This document shows, piece after piece, positions 36,221 through 48,750 of a stretch of 63,570 nucleotides of DNA. The first letter of the stretch is position 1. Each line of letters opens with the position of its first letter. Origin of the DNA: Takakia lepidozioides. Its lineage: Eukaryota; Plantae; Bryophyta. Under the pieces are notes generated by a model. It searched no databases, was not told the origin of the DNA, and saw nothing but the letters and a program-made list of their open reading frames with translations. Where the stretch lies: positions 15,624,431-15,688,000 of the forward strand of contig CM060734.1 in assembly GCA_030704615.1 (NCBI GenBank), written 5' to 3'. A program made the translations under genes and the position numbers.

Positions 36221-39200
36221 GTATGAGGTCTGGGCCTGGCGCCTTGGTTTTGGATAGGTTTTTGAGGCACGAGTCGTAGAGGTCTCTTGTGAAGAGATTC
36301 AATATACGGTCTATAGGGGGGGCGCATTTTTCTAGGGAGAAGCCGTCAAGGTCGTGCCACGGGTAGTGCTTGACTTTGCATAGGCAAGTGGATGCGTGTT
36401 GGCTTGGATGCAGGCAGTTAGTTACTGTGGGTGTGTATGAAGTCGATGCCTGCGACCATATTTCATCCCGAATGTCATCAGGTTTGGTTAATAGGTGGCC
36501 TAGTCTGTGTTTGAGATAGTCGATGGGAGGGTTAATTGCAGGATTGAAGATAGCTTTGTGGGCTCGTTTAGGGTGCTCATGTAATAGTTTGCCAAAGGAG
36601 GCAACAATTTTTTTGTGATTGGTTGTGGCTTTTTCTTTTGCGATAAGGTATGCCGCTTTTTTTGCATTACGACCGATTTTGGATACGGAGGCAAGCCATT
36701 GGGGAAGGGAGGGGGTGTCCGTGGGTGGAGGTAGGAGCGGTTGGCATACTTCTAATGTATTTAAACAGGTTATGCGGGGGTCAGTTCTCCAGTTGTTATA
36801 TGCCAGGGATCGGGGGTGGGGTATGACGGCAAGGGCCCGTCGGATGGTGTGGTAGATATTGAGGTGGGAGGACCATGCCCGTTTCTGGGTCCTAGTAAGA
36901 TATCCGCCGTTTTGCTTTGAGCGGGCGATTTGTGGAAGGTCTGGGGGGGCTGAGCATGTGGCTAAGACACTTTAGTCATGTCTAGCATCGTAGAGGAGAG
37001 GGTAATCTTGGCCTCGAGAGATAAGTGTGTATTAGTGTCTGAGAGGGTAGAGGAGATCTTATGTATGAAGGTAGAGGAGGCGGTGTGGAAGTGTTCTTGG
37101 AAGGCCTTGAGATTGTTTTGTGGGATGGGTGATAGAATTCTGGGTTGAGGGGGTGGGGTGTGTACGTCCGGGAGGGGTCGGAAGGGGATAAGAATGGGGG
37201 GGAAAAAGATAGAGATCAGGTAGTGATCGAAATTGCATAGACTATTGATATGGACATGTCTGTGAAGATATGTGGGGATTTCATTACTAGATTTGAGGTA
37301 AAAGCCATCAAGCAAGCTTAGGGAGGAGTAGTGGAAAACCCCTTGTCGGGAGTAGTGGTAATCGGCAGGGATATATTTGAGCTTTAGAGACTGAGTGAAT
37401 TTGGCCTAGTCATGATCCGGGGCCGAGGGTGGTTTGTGAATACCATTATATGAATGACCTAGCAGTGCAATGTCCCTGTTAATGTCCCCTGCTAGGATGA
37501 CGTGATGGTGCTGGTGGTCTGGGTGGTGACTGTTTGGGAAATACTATGCAGAATTTTCGGTATGAGGGGGAGGCCGTATGTATGAGAGGGCATATATAAA
37601 TGTATAAGGGTAATGTTGCATAGTGCTGGTGGGTGTAGTTGGATAATTTGTAGGTGTAAGCGGATGGGGATAAGGACGGTGATTTTGGTAGTGGTGTTGG
37701 GAGAATGGTGTGTGCGGAGGATGCTCAGTGCAACACCGCCCCTAGTGGGCTTGTAGGGTGCGGAGTGGCGTAGGAGACATTGTTGAGCAGTTAGAGGGTT
37801 ACCATAAAATAGATGATAGTTGGGAAGTAGTTTGTTTATGTAAGAACTGCTAGTGTTATTGGTGTGTAGTTTGGTTTCCTGTAGGAGGAAGACATGTGGT
37901 TGTGCTGTGTTAGAGAAGAGGTGAAGCAGGCTTTGGGTACTGGTGGCTAAGGCGCCCACGTTCCATGATGTGATGGTGAAGGTACTAGGATCAAGTTCGG
38001 AAATGGGGGGGGGTCATGTCTTGGGGGGGGTAGGGGGTCAGTGAGACTGTTTTGTGTGGTTGGAGGGTCGTAGCCAGGTATCGGGGTGGTTGCATTGAGT
38101 GTGGTGGTAATGAGGAATGGGAATTTGCTAGTGATGTGGTTGTGGTCGTGGTACGATGTGGAGACCGATGCCAGTTGGTCCCCCAGGATATTATGAACTA
38201 CCCCGGTTTGGGAGTCAAGTAGTTTGAGGGAAGCATGGATCTCGGCTAAGTAGTGCGGGGGGGGCCATGTATTCAGTAGAGAGTGGTGGCATCAAGCTTA
38301 GTTGGCATAGGAGAGATTGGATTTTCGAGGTCGAGTGAGAGTTAAAATATCCGTTGCATGTTTCTGGTAAAGGGGAGATGGTTACGACAAGCGAAAAAAT
38401 GAGTTGTGGGGCGGAGAAAGTCTTGAGTTTAGATAGGGCTGTAGCAAGTGTTGGGCAGCTGTTGGGGGGTAGCCCGAAGGTTGTAATATGGTGAGAAGGG
38501 GTGTTCTTTGTGTTTTGGCATTTTGGGAGGAAGGGACTGTAGTGGTCAAGAATATGGCGGTAGCTATGTATAAGAGAGATAGTGTTTGGTTGAAAGTATA
38601 GGGTATATCTCTCTTGCTCGTCTTCGGATAGAGTTTTGATAATTTCGGTAATGGTAGGCGGGCCAGGGGTAGGGTGAATATCCCCACACCTCATGAGGAT
38701 TAGGTCTTGGCACGAGTGCATATATGCTTGGTGAGGGTTAGGGGGGTGATGGTAATAATGTTTAGATTTTGTGGGGAATTTGTAATGTCGGACGTATGGG
38801 CCATGGATGAGGGGATTGATACATTGGTGCACGTGGCAGTATGTCACGACGTGGGGGGAGCTGATGAGTGGTAGGGAATTATGGTGGGTAGATTGAGAGA
38901 TGGTGGAGCTGGTGGCAGTGGAGTGTGTAGGAAAAATATATTGGTGATGAGTGAGTTGGCTGGTCGTTTTAGGAAACGTTATCATCCACTTTATCCAGCT
39001 AGGGAGTAACCTGTGTGGCGGCCCTGTATATAGAGGCGATATAGCTGTGTTTGTGTAGTGAGTGTACTTAAGGTGGTGGGGAGGTAGGTATTGCATATGT
39101 GGTGGACTTAGGTGGGATACATTCATCCACGATTTTTTTATATCCGTTGGTAGTGAAATGGATTTAGTGTTTATATAAGAGGGTGTAGTTTGGTAGAGAT

Positions 39201-39946
39201 GACTGGCCAATAGAGAAATGGGGAGAAGTGGGCCGTTAGCTTTCCGCGTATACAGAATCTGGGTGACAGACGCAAATGTCATATTATCGTGTTTAATAGT
39301 TTTAGGGGGGTGTTTTTATAAAAGATGGTGGGACAGGTGTCAAGCGGTGGGTACGGGAGTGACGAGGTGGCGGGCGCGGGTAGGCCCTGCACGCGGGCCC
39401 CATAGAACGGGTGCGGGGGATGGGGGCTGTCGTCAGGCAGGGCATAGTGGGTTCTCGAGAGGAGGGGGGAGGGGAGCTTTGAAGCAGGGGGGGAGTGTGA
39501 AGTGCACCAGCCAGCGGAGCACGGCGAGTGTTGAGAGTGAGTGGTGCTATGGGTGCGGCGGCCATATATAGAGAGTTTGAGTGTTAGTGGGGGCGTTGCG
39601 GAATCAGTAGAGTAATTTGAGTGTAAGAGTTGAGTGCATAGGGATGTAGTGGGACTCAGCGGGTAGCATAGACATAAGGGAGCAAGCCAAGAGGTAGAGT
39701 AGTAATGCTGGTGGCCGAGTACGACTGTTCGTTGAGTGGCCCTTCTACTTGTGGGTTGCTTGTGCTGTTTACGCATTCGGGTGCTTGGCTATCATGGTAT
39801 TGGAGTCACCTTTCGTAGTGTCTGTCGCATGCTGGGATTCGGGGGGCCCTTGCCTCCCAGGCACGGGTGCAGGCTAAGTGCCAAGGAGGCCTGCAGTGCC
39901 CAGCTTATGAGGGCCCTCATGCTGCAGCGCAAGAAGGGCCTCCTCT
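36221..39946 (-). mobile_element. APE-type LINE (copy 1): ORF1 C-terminus and ORF2 N-terminal half, degenerate
   Basis: FTITSWNVGAL...FLLQETKL...RGGVA; AGDINRD; SLLDGFY; NFDHYLI. ORF1 ends ...NA* at ~39769. Collinear with 57378-60380. Confidence 0.88.
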
Positions 39947-40194
39947 AGCATTAGTATTAGTTTCTCTTACCTCTTCTCTCTACACCCCTAGAACAATGCT
40001 TCCTGATCTCTCAGGGTTCTACCGTGGTAGGAATTATAAGCTTGCCATGTTGGCTGATCTGGGTTGTACCCTATCTTTCCAGAAATATAAGCCTTATGGC
40101 CCCTGACTTGGTTATTTTTTCCAGGACACCTTTTAATATGAATTACAGGGCCTCTTCCTTTTTTTTCTTTTTTTTTTAAAGGAAAAAAAACCGC

Positions 40195-40275
40195 ACATCG
40201 GCTGGTAGGTCAGCTGGTAAGTGCACAATGTGTCGCCTTGGTGGTTGGGGGTTCAAACCCGCTGCCCTGCCCCTT
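40195..40275 (+). other. tRNA-derived (SINE-like) Pol III A/B-box sequence
   Basis: A-box-like tggtaggtcagctggta and B-box-like ggttcaaaccc at tRNA-like spacing. No intact cloverleaf. Confidence 0.45.
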
Positions 40276-41549
40276 GTGTGGATTGTCCGTGGCATTCTAT
40301 CTGGATGTTGTTCGTCCTGTGTGCCTCCATGGCCCATAAATGAGAGGGGGTTATTTTTCCCCCTCCTCAAGGGCCTGAATTGTGGGCTGTCGCTCCAAGG
40401 TTTCCTTTCTAAATTTAAAAAAAAAAAAAGCCATTCGCAACTACCCGCTTGTTTTATTTTATTTATTTTTAAGTGAAACATGCGCGCGTGCACACAGCAG
40501 ACTGGCACGTGCAGCCTCGCCAGGTAACTGGGGTGGACGTGTTGTACGGACGGATGAAATGAGAGTTGCAGGGCGTGGGAATCAGGACGATGAATGATTC
40601 CCGAATCTGCTCCTGCAAAATATCCGTCCATGGAGAGGCACCTGTCGGGCAGGCGAAGCGCGGCGGCTAGCTGTCGGCACGCCATTCCCGGCTGCGCCTA
40701 CTGAGGATGTAGCCACTGACAGATGGCGGCACCCTATCTCTCGAATCTTCCCGTCCAATGGCCGTCGCGTTTGTGATTTGGTGTAGGAGGCCGGCCCGCG
40801 AGCGGTTCCACAACCGGCAAAGCCCGACCCACCGCCTCACCCACCATTCCATCCATCCGGTGACCACACATCCACAATGGTTGAGGAGAAATCTGGTTGA
40901 CAGTCACCCTCCACAAAATGTAAAAAAAAAAAAAAAGGTCTTACGAACTTCATCTCCCACTTGTGGTTTAAAAGAAAATAATAATAATAAATTTAAAAAA
41001 AACCTTTATCTGTATTTTTCTGCCACTACTTACCGTTCCCACAAGAAAACATGCTAAAATGGACTTACGTGTACCTGTGATGATTTTTGTTAAGCTAAAA
41101 TCCAGCCCCTTAATCACAGTTGAAGTTGAAGTGTGGTTTGCCCTCCAGCGATTTTACAGGGCACGGGCTTTCCAGCTGTTGAAGGAACTTGTTGATGGAT
41201 TGGACCCCAATATCACCCCGGTTGTGTATAATGCCCCCGGTGGAGGGCATTCCCCAGGGCGGTAGCCCCAAGGAAGGCCCGAAAATTCGGGAATGCCCCA
41301 CACGAGGGGCATTACACTGTATAAAGCATGTGCAACAAAAAAAGTGTAATGCACCGGCCTCGCTGTCCAGTGCATTCCATCGGAGTGTAATGCCCCGCCC
41401 GGCCAAGCGATGAATTCTGCTTTTTAACAACACGATAAATACAAAGAGAAAAAACGCAAAGTGCTTTATGCACAGGCAAAGCACAAACTCCCAACCACTA
41501 GGCTGCCTGGTCAACCTAGCACAAGGATCATGGGAACCAAGGAAAGGGG

Positions 41550-41640
41550 GAGAAGAAGTTCAACACACAACCATCTAGGTGATCCCAAAATCATCCTGCA
41601 TGTAGTACTTGATGCTTTAACCAACTGAGCTACTGACAAA
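41550..41640 (-). other. Degenerate tRNA-like sequence (SINE head or tRNA pseudogene)
   Basis: Minus strand reads gtagctcagttggttaaagca, a D-arm/A-box. The B-box is decayed. Confidence 0.35.
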
Positions 41641-42296
41641 TGATCACAACTCAGTCGTAAGAACAGGTAATATATCGGGTAGTAGCTTCTCATCACTTAC
41701 CAAAATGAATAAAGACTATCTGAAGGGCTATGCCCAATGTATGCAAGTATGTTTTCATGATGGCCTTCTATATGAAAATGTTTGTTCAGGATTTTTCCTT
41801 TTCCTGAAGTGGGATTCTATAGGCAGCATGCTGCAAAACAAACCGCTGGAGGCTCAGTGGGGATGTTTCAAACTCGGAATCGTCTTGAAAATAAGTTATA
41901 TTCAAATTAAAATGAAAGACAAAATGGTGACACTGACAAATGTGTGTGCTGGCAGGAGCAAGAGCATTCCACATGTCTTGTCTAACGCAGGCCACCCTCT
42001 TAAGCGGCTGCGCTGGCTTCTTATACCCTTTGCCCCTCTCCTTGCAAATTTATACTTCTGCCATCTCGCACCTCCTCGAAGCACGCTATGTTTGTACGCT
42101 CTCTAATCCTTGAGGGTGGGTTCTAGTTGCTTTTCATATAATCAAGAAAGAAAAAGTAGCGGAGGTGTATTTATCTGGAACCACTCTATAGAACTGCACA
42201 GCAGCATCGAATGATCCATGTGGACGCCCTGGGTGCCTCTTAGCTGCAGCATATTTCCTTATTGTCGATTTTCTTAGGGCAGTTTGGGTGTTCGGT

Positions 42297-44022
42297 ATGG
42301 GCGGCGAATCCAACAGTTCAAGGCTAGTAAGTGCGGTGGAAGCTTCAATGGGAAGCGAAACGGAGCTGATTAGAATAGGAGGTGCTCAGCTTTATCTGAT
42401 AGATGGGGAGGAAAGTGTCCTCATGCAAACGGGGGACTTCGCCCTACTGATGTTGAAGCAGGCCCATTCTTTTCTGGCAGCTATTGTAGCACGGGTTGGA
42501 GAGGTGCAATGGCCTGTGGGAAAGGATGCACCAGTCTTGAAAGTTTGGAATTGTCGCTACACGTTCGCTTTGCCCGGTTTGGTTTATGGTTTGATCCTGC
42601 CAGAAAACACGTCCATTGAGGTCCTTCAGCAATTGGAAGCTCTTATACTTCAGTATTGCACCTTTGAAGTCCATCAAGAAATTGCCGAAGGTAGGTCCCA
42701 TGGTTCTTTGTTGCTTGCGAGCGGATCAATAATCTCTTCAAAACTTTGTGAAAGATTTGGCCAACTAAACCACCTTGACCAGTTGCAGGTGGACAGGGAC
42801 AGGCTCAAATGTATGTGTTTATGAAGCTAAAGTCGCATTGTAAGGATGAGAGATGTCTGGCTGTCCTGTGTGTGACTAATTCTGCAAACATAGTTGGTTA
42901 ATACTTAACCATTCTGGGTGATGAGGTGCAGCTCAGCAGCAAATTGATGAGATAGCATCTGAACCCAGGGATGCGGCCGGTTACTGGACTGCTGTAGCAC
43001 CAGATGTGGAGGGTTTGAGTTCCACGATAGCGCGACAGATCTGTAGCACTTCCAGAATAGTTGCAAACAGCATCGTTATGGGTAGTGAATGGGTCACCTT
43101 GGGTATTCAACATGGCGGATCCTTTGTCAAAAGGCAAGCAGGGCCTGAGAAGGTAGATGCCGGGACGGGGGTAAGTCCGAGGATGATGAGGCGCATGCAA
43201 CAGGCTCGTCGCATGTCTGCAGTTGCAAAGCTCGTGTCGAAAACCCTTCTGAAAGGTGCTATTAGCGCCTCAGGCCATGTTGCAAGCAAGCTAGGATTGG
43301 ATGTAAACAGTGCCCCTGGCTCACCTACGTACAGTCCGAACACGGGTGTCAGAAAGCTTGCTGTGGCAAGCGTGGATGCATTTGCTAAAGTTGTAGAGGC
43401 AATAGAGACGGCAGGCAAATCGCCCCTTGGGGCCTCTAGCAGAGTGGGAACAGATCTGGTGCATCAGAAGTTTGGCCATCAAGCAGGCGAGGTGGTGGAA
43501 AACACTTTTGGGGCGGTCGGCAATGTTATCAACACTGCTTGGACACTGAACAAAATGGGTTTGCGAATGCTCTTGCAAGTCACTGCAGCATCAACGGCTC
43601 TAAATATAGCTCATCGTGGAGATGCAAAGCCTTCCTCAAGCGAAGAATCGCAGCCCAGTTCCTCACCATCATCTTCTTCTCAAATGTCGCAGTCTTCTGC
43701 CCTTTTCCACCAGATCACTCTCTCGCCTCCGCAGCAGCAAGACCCAATGAATGTTATCGTGGCAGTGCCTGTACAGAGACCGCCACTATTGCAAACATCT
43801 GAATTGTTTCCCACAACTGCTGGACCGATACGCACAGAGACTTTACTAGGGCCAGCAGCGCAGGCACCGGTAAGTTCCTACCTACCTAGCGGCGACTACA
43901 CCACCTCTATCCCACCTGGGCCCCGTCCCAATAGCCCCTTCCAACAGTATCCTCGTCACGGCCATCAGTATCCACCCTACAACTTCCCCTACGGTGTTGA
44001 CCAGTCAAGAACCTCCTCGTAA
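42297..44022 (+). CDS. Senescence/dehydration-associated (spartin-associated domain, ERD7-like) protein; exons 42297-42690 and 42932-44022
   Basis: LIRIGGAQLYLIDGEESV...QWPVGKDAPVLKV...YGL; YWTAVAPDVE; ARRMSAVAKLVSKTLLKG; ASVDAFAKVVEAIETAGK...HQKFGHQAGE. The phase-1 GT-AG intron restores the frame, with no stops. An upstream exon is possible. Confidence 0.9.
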
Positions 44023-44393
44023 GCTTGCGGCCCAATCCCCGCTAAGAGACGGGGGATGATGATCACGTCCATCCGCACGCCAGGTGCGGACAATTCCTTT
44101 CAACTGAACCTTTTGCTAAACATTGTGAGATGTGTGGAATAAGGGGTAGACTACATCCGTGTAAGCTTGCCGCCGATTCCCCTTGTTAGCCTGAGGCTTT
44201 AGTAATTATGTGCGCAGAGAGTTTGTTATCAAACTCTGCAACACATGCACCTTTGATCTTCCGTATCTTGTTGAGACAGGAGAAATGTGGAATACGTCCG
44301 AAGTCATTGCTCACGCTAGAGGTCGAAACAACATACAGGAAAACTTTCACAACGGAAAATAGGTTTTAAATTGCGACATGCTTTGTGTTCATA

Positions 44394-44454
44394 TCTAAGC
44401 CAGTTTTAGCTACGGCAAACAACGTCTTATGAGTACATTCTAAGCCAGTTTTAG
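44394..44454 (+). mobile_element. 29-bp retroelement 3' tail inserted with a 16-bp target-site duplication
   Basis: tctaagccagttttag at 44394-44409 and 44439-44454 flanks ctacggcaaacaacgtcttatgagtacat, whose first 28 nt equal 50201-50228. Confidence 0.8.
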
Positions 44455-46589
44455 ACCACTGTGGAGTGAACAGTCCAATCGTCAAGTGCATGCAGCTTTC
44501 CAAAGAGCTGGTGAGTAGTAGTGCGACAGGTAGAAGATGAATAGGTGCAAGCTGTGACCCAGGGATATATATATTTGAACCACAATGTCTCTATTGTGAT
44601 TTGTGAATCTTTGTTTAGTATAACATTTGAGGATGCTATTGGGTTTTGGACCTGCTTGTGAGCAGCATTATATGACTGGTTTGGTGTGGGGTCATCTGTT
44701 TCAGTATAAAAGGTCATATGTGAGATTCGTGTCCAAGTTGAGAGCAACATAAGACTTCGCAAAATTTGTTTGTCAATTAGTAGTACTTCATTAGTACAAT
44801 GGTGGCAACTCTCAAAGAGGTGTGTGTTAATTATTCCCTTTTGGCTTACATATGACATTGAACAAGACGTGCGCCAGAGTGGGTAATACAAGCTTGCTGA
44901 AATGGTAAGCTGCAGCCTTCAGGTTGTGTACACTACATGCAATATGAATTCATCTTCTATGTAAAGATGTATAAATGCGCGATTTGAACATGGCAGTTGC
45001 ACAAAGTGGCATCTTGCTGTACTTGGAAGTACGTAGTATGTAGCATGTGGACTGCTGTAGTGCCTCTTTCTGTACTTGGGCTAAATCCTCTATGCGATGT
45101 TGGAATGCCGTGCGAGGGACGTATGATTAGAGTGTCATTGATGGTTAAATCTGATCAAAATCTTTACTCCTGCACTCTATCCTCACAGGCCTGTCTTCAG
45201 ATTTCTCGTAAAAACCTGCTGAAAATTTCTCTTTGAATTTTGGCAAGCTTTATTTCCTGGAATTTCCCCCTCCCAGCATGCGCCAGTTACAGCGTGGAAC
45301 CACATGTTCCAGTTTCTTCAGAGAGTGAAACACTGCCAGAAATGAAAAAAATGTAGTTTGAAGCGAAGTTTGGCAGGTTTTCATGCCGCAGAAAATGCCT
45401 GCCCCAGGACTTTCCACTGTCTAAGAGGGTGCCCGAGGGTGGGAGCCCCATAAACAGCGGAAAGTCCTCAGGCAGGAGCTTTCCACTATGCTAAGTGCAC
45501 TATTCCTGATCTACTTCTGAGTACTAGCAATCCATTCCGGAGTCTGTTTGATGGAACTCTGCACATAAACTGGAAATTTAGCCTGGTGACCAAGGGATAG
45601 TGTATGCAGAAACCACTAAGCATACTGGACAGTAAGAGAGGGAAGATACTTTTTGTCATGTCAAGACAAAGACAAGACCCCTAGGGTCGTTGTCATGAAA
45701 GAATAAATAGACATATCAGCCACTTAACAGTGGCACCATCCATCAACCATCAAGCTTAGAAAATCCAGAATTACATCCATGCACAGTAATGTGTTCATGT
45801 CAATATGATTCATAATCCAGAGAGTATGCCACTGATGCTTGATTGACCACCAGTCAAGATCATGATACACTTACATAGGTCTGGGTGGGATGGCGGGTAC
45901 TTGGCTATATTTTGGCCTTGATGTGGTGCAGGTCACATAGTCATACAGATTTACTATCTGCAAGCTGTAATCCAAGCATACTTACTAAAATCCCATGGGT
46001 ATCATGGAGGGTTTTCTTAAAAAAGAAAGGAACACTTGGATATCACAGATTTAAATACCTTGTCTTGCCAGTATTTGTTTATACTGGTGTGCAGTACAGC
46101 TTGCCCCCACAGGGGATGTGGATATGTCTGGTAAGTTTTCCAGAACACCCCTATATCTTTATTTCTTGCTACAGCTGAAATTCAAAGCTCATGACAAAGC
46201 AAGGTAAATATAAAGGACTGCATACACATCCTGTGACAGTATATGGTACTGTCAGTACACCCTTCACATCATTCCACATTTGACCATGACATTACACCAT
46301 GTCCAGGGGGTATTTCCACTTGACCACCCTGGCTGCCTCAAAAACCAGTTACCATTTATATTGCTGCCATATTTCAGTGTCAGCCGAAATAGCCATAAGC
46401 AGAAACTTCACCATACCCTGGCCTAAGCATCTAGCTAACAAAGCCATCTGGGTTGGAACATAACAGGGGCCTTTTACCAACAGAGGTACCCGAGTAGCTG
46501 CAGCAAACAGTTCCTTGCAGGTGGTGCCTCCGCCATTACTGGCGCGGTTCCCTTGCGCAGCAAAAAAACAGACAACTGAGACAGGGAAT

Positions 46590-48750
46590 CTTCCTTCATC
46601 ACTAAGCCACCGCCATCGCCTTAAAGAGCTCGCCCAGGCGTCGCTCACAGGAGCCATAAACACTCAACGATTGGCAGCTCAAGGTATCTGCAGCACGAGC
46701 ACCATCGCTTCTCACAAGCCGCCATCGCGCGCGCTCTCGCAGCGCAAAAAGAAAGACATTAGGGTTGCGCAGGGTTTTCCCCTGCCTGGCCCATCATCCA
46801 TCCTTCTCAAGATGAAAAACATCCGCCAGTCTATCCATCCGACGGACGTTGTCCGTTTCTCATTCGTGGAAGATGAAAGACATCGTGCTTTCATCTTGTC
46901 TTGCACTTCAACGGATGTAGTCCGTATTTCACCTAGGTTAGATGAAAAACATGAGGGATTTTTTATATTAAAAAAATTGTTTTGCCCTGTATTTAGGTCC
47001 TGTCAGATGAAGTTCTTTTTCATCCAGGTTGGATTGAAAAAGTAGAAACTGACGGGAATTTCACAGTTTTTTAGTGAAGAAATATTTCACTAAAAAATAT
47101 AGTTTTTTTAATAAAATATTTTGGATAAAGAACATCCAAAATTCCCTGCAACCCAATTTTGCAATTTTTTTCAATTTCCTCAAGGATGGAAGTCGGGACA
47201 ACAATTCCATAAGCCCAATGTCTAGAGGGAGAGAGAGAGGGAGAGAGAGGGAATCCCACCATCCAACCCCTGGTATGGCAGGCCCTTACGGAGTGAGTGT
47301 GGTATGCACTCACCCCGTAAGGGAGTGCATACCACACTCCTCTCTAAAAGGGCAAACTCTCCCTGCTCATATGCCAATCCTTCGGAAGATGTCCTGAAAA
47401 GGATTATCAGGCTACCTTTAGACAAACTGGGTATCCGAAACAAGTATATGAACCTTAATGGTGTGATTGGGGTATGTATTGAGCATAGACCCCAAAATAA
47501 AACTAGTTTATTCAAGGTATTACATGTGCAAGAAACCAGCTGCTTTATGCATGGTTTTCTTTCTTTTTGTTCCATCAAAAGTCAACAAATCTGCATACAT
47601 AAGGGAAAGGACATACCATTTTTAGGTTGTCAATGATTATTCCCAGGCATCAAAGTTTCTCTTGTGGATTGGGGAGAACTCTCCTGCCATCTGCCTGGAT
47701 CGGTTCGACCCATGGCTCCCAATGTCGATTGTGGAGCAGGAATTGGATCCAGAGCCTCCATTGGATGTTCTGGTTACGGACTTAGCATTCTCGGAGTTGG
47801 AGAAAGATTGTTGTTTCTGCCCGAACCTGCCACCTCTTTGGTAGCCCCCACGTCCTCTGAAATTAGCACCCGTGCCCCTGTTGGGTCTCCTTGTTTGCTG
47901 GAAAGTGCCCCCTCTCTCCCTCTGTCTCCCTCCTCGGAATTGGCCGGTTGCATCAGTGTTCTTTTCATGTTTTTCCATCTATACCAGATGGACTCTAAAC
48001 AATGTTTTCACCCGCCCTATAAAGTTTTTCTGTCCATACCGGAAGAATTACCTGGGTGGACACTAAAATACCTCTAAAAAGGGTCTATAATTTTTCATTC
48101 CTCTTTTATTGACTTTCATCTATACGATGAGTCACCAGAGAATGAGGAATTACCTCTATAGGGGTTGTGACACTGGCATCCTATCTATAATTTTTCCATC
48201 CATGCCGGATGAAAAATACCAGTATATTAATTCGTTTTATTCCTCCTTTATGCCTTTTTTTCCGTACTGGATGAGGCTTTTCTTAGGGGATGATGAATTA
48301 GCTGTCAGGATGAGAAACCGTTGCCTTGGATGATATGTACTGCTTTTTCATCCTGCTGATGGACCTTCTCCAAATAGATGAACCTATTAACTTTTTTCAT
48401 CTGAACCAGATGAAAAATGCAGCTTATGATGGCCCTGGAGAATTGTTTAATTACCCTTAATTATGGCTAATTAAGGAGTGAAACCCTAACCCCTACCCTA
48501 TAATCTACTGTTTAAACCTAGCTAACGGATGACATCCGTCGGGTTTTCGAGATAAAGGGTGTTGATTATTCATCCTCCGCGGATGAAAAATCGGGCTTTG
48601 CCCTAGGGTGTCTCTCCCGCCGTCAGCAGCACTCCTCGTGCTTCTGAGCTCGCGGGTTGAGAGTTATGGCGTCTGAGCTCTGCTGCTACCCTGTCTGCTG
48701 CTTCGTGCCCATGCCGGACGAGCTCCTGGGGATGGGCAATGGCGGCGTCT
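46590..48750. repeat. Degenerate long inverted-repeat (fold-back) structure rich in GGATGAAAA/TTTTCATCC motifs
   Basis: Inverted matches: 46610-46635 with 48716-48746, 46653-46668 with 48656-48670, and 46838-46857 with 48524-48543. Confidence 0.5.

Noticed and set aside
47560-47978. DIRS-like gag/pol junction
   Set aside because: Only a faint resemblance (FDAWE...KW.VLS), with no RT, RNase H or tyrosine recombinase motifs nearby.
48481-48500. Interstitial telomere
   Set aside because: Only one or two degenerate units; at most a telo-box.
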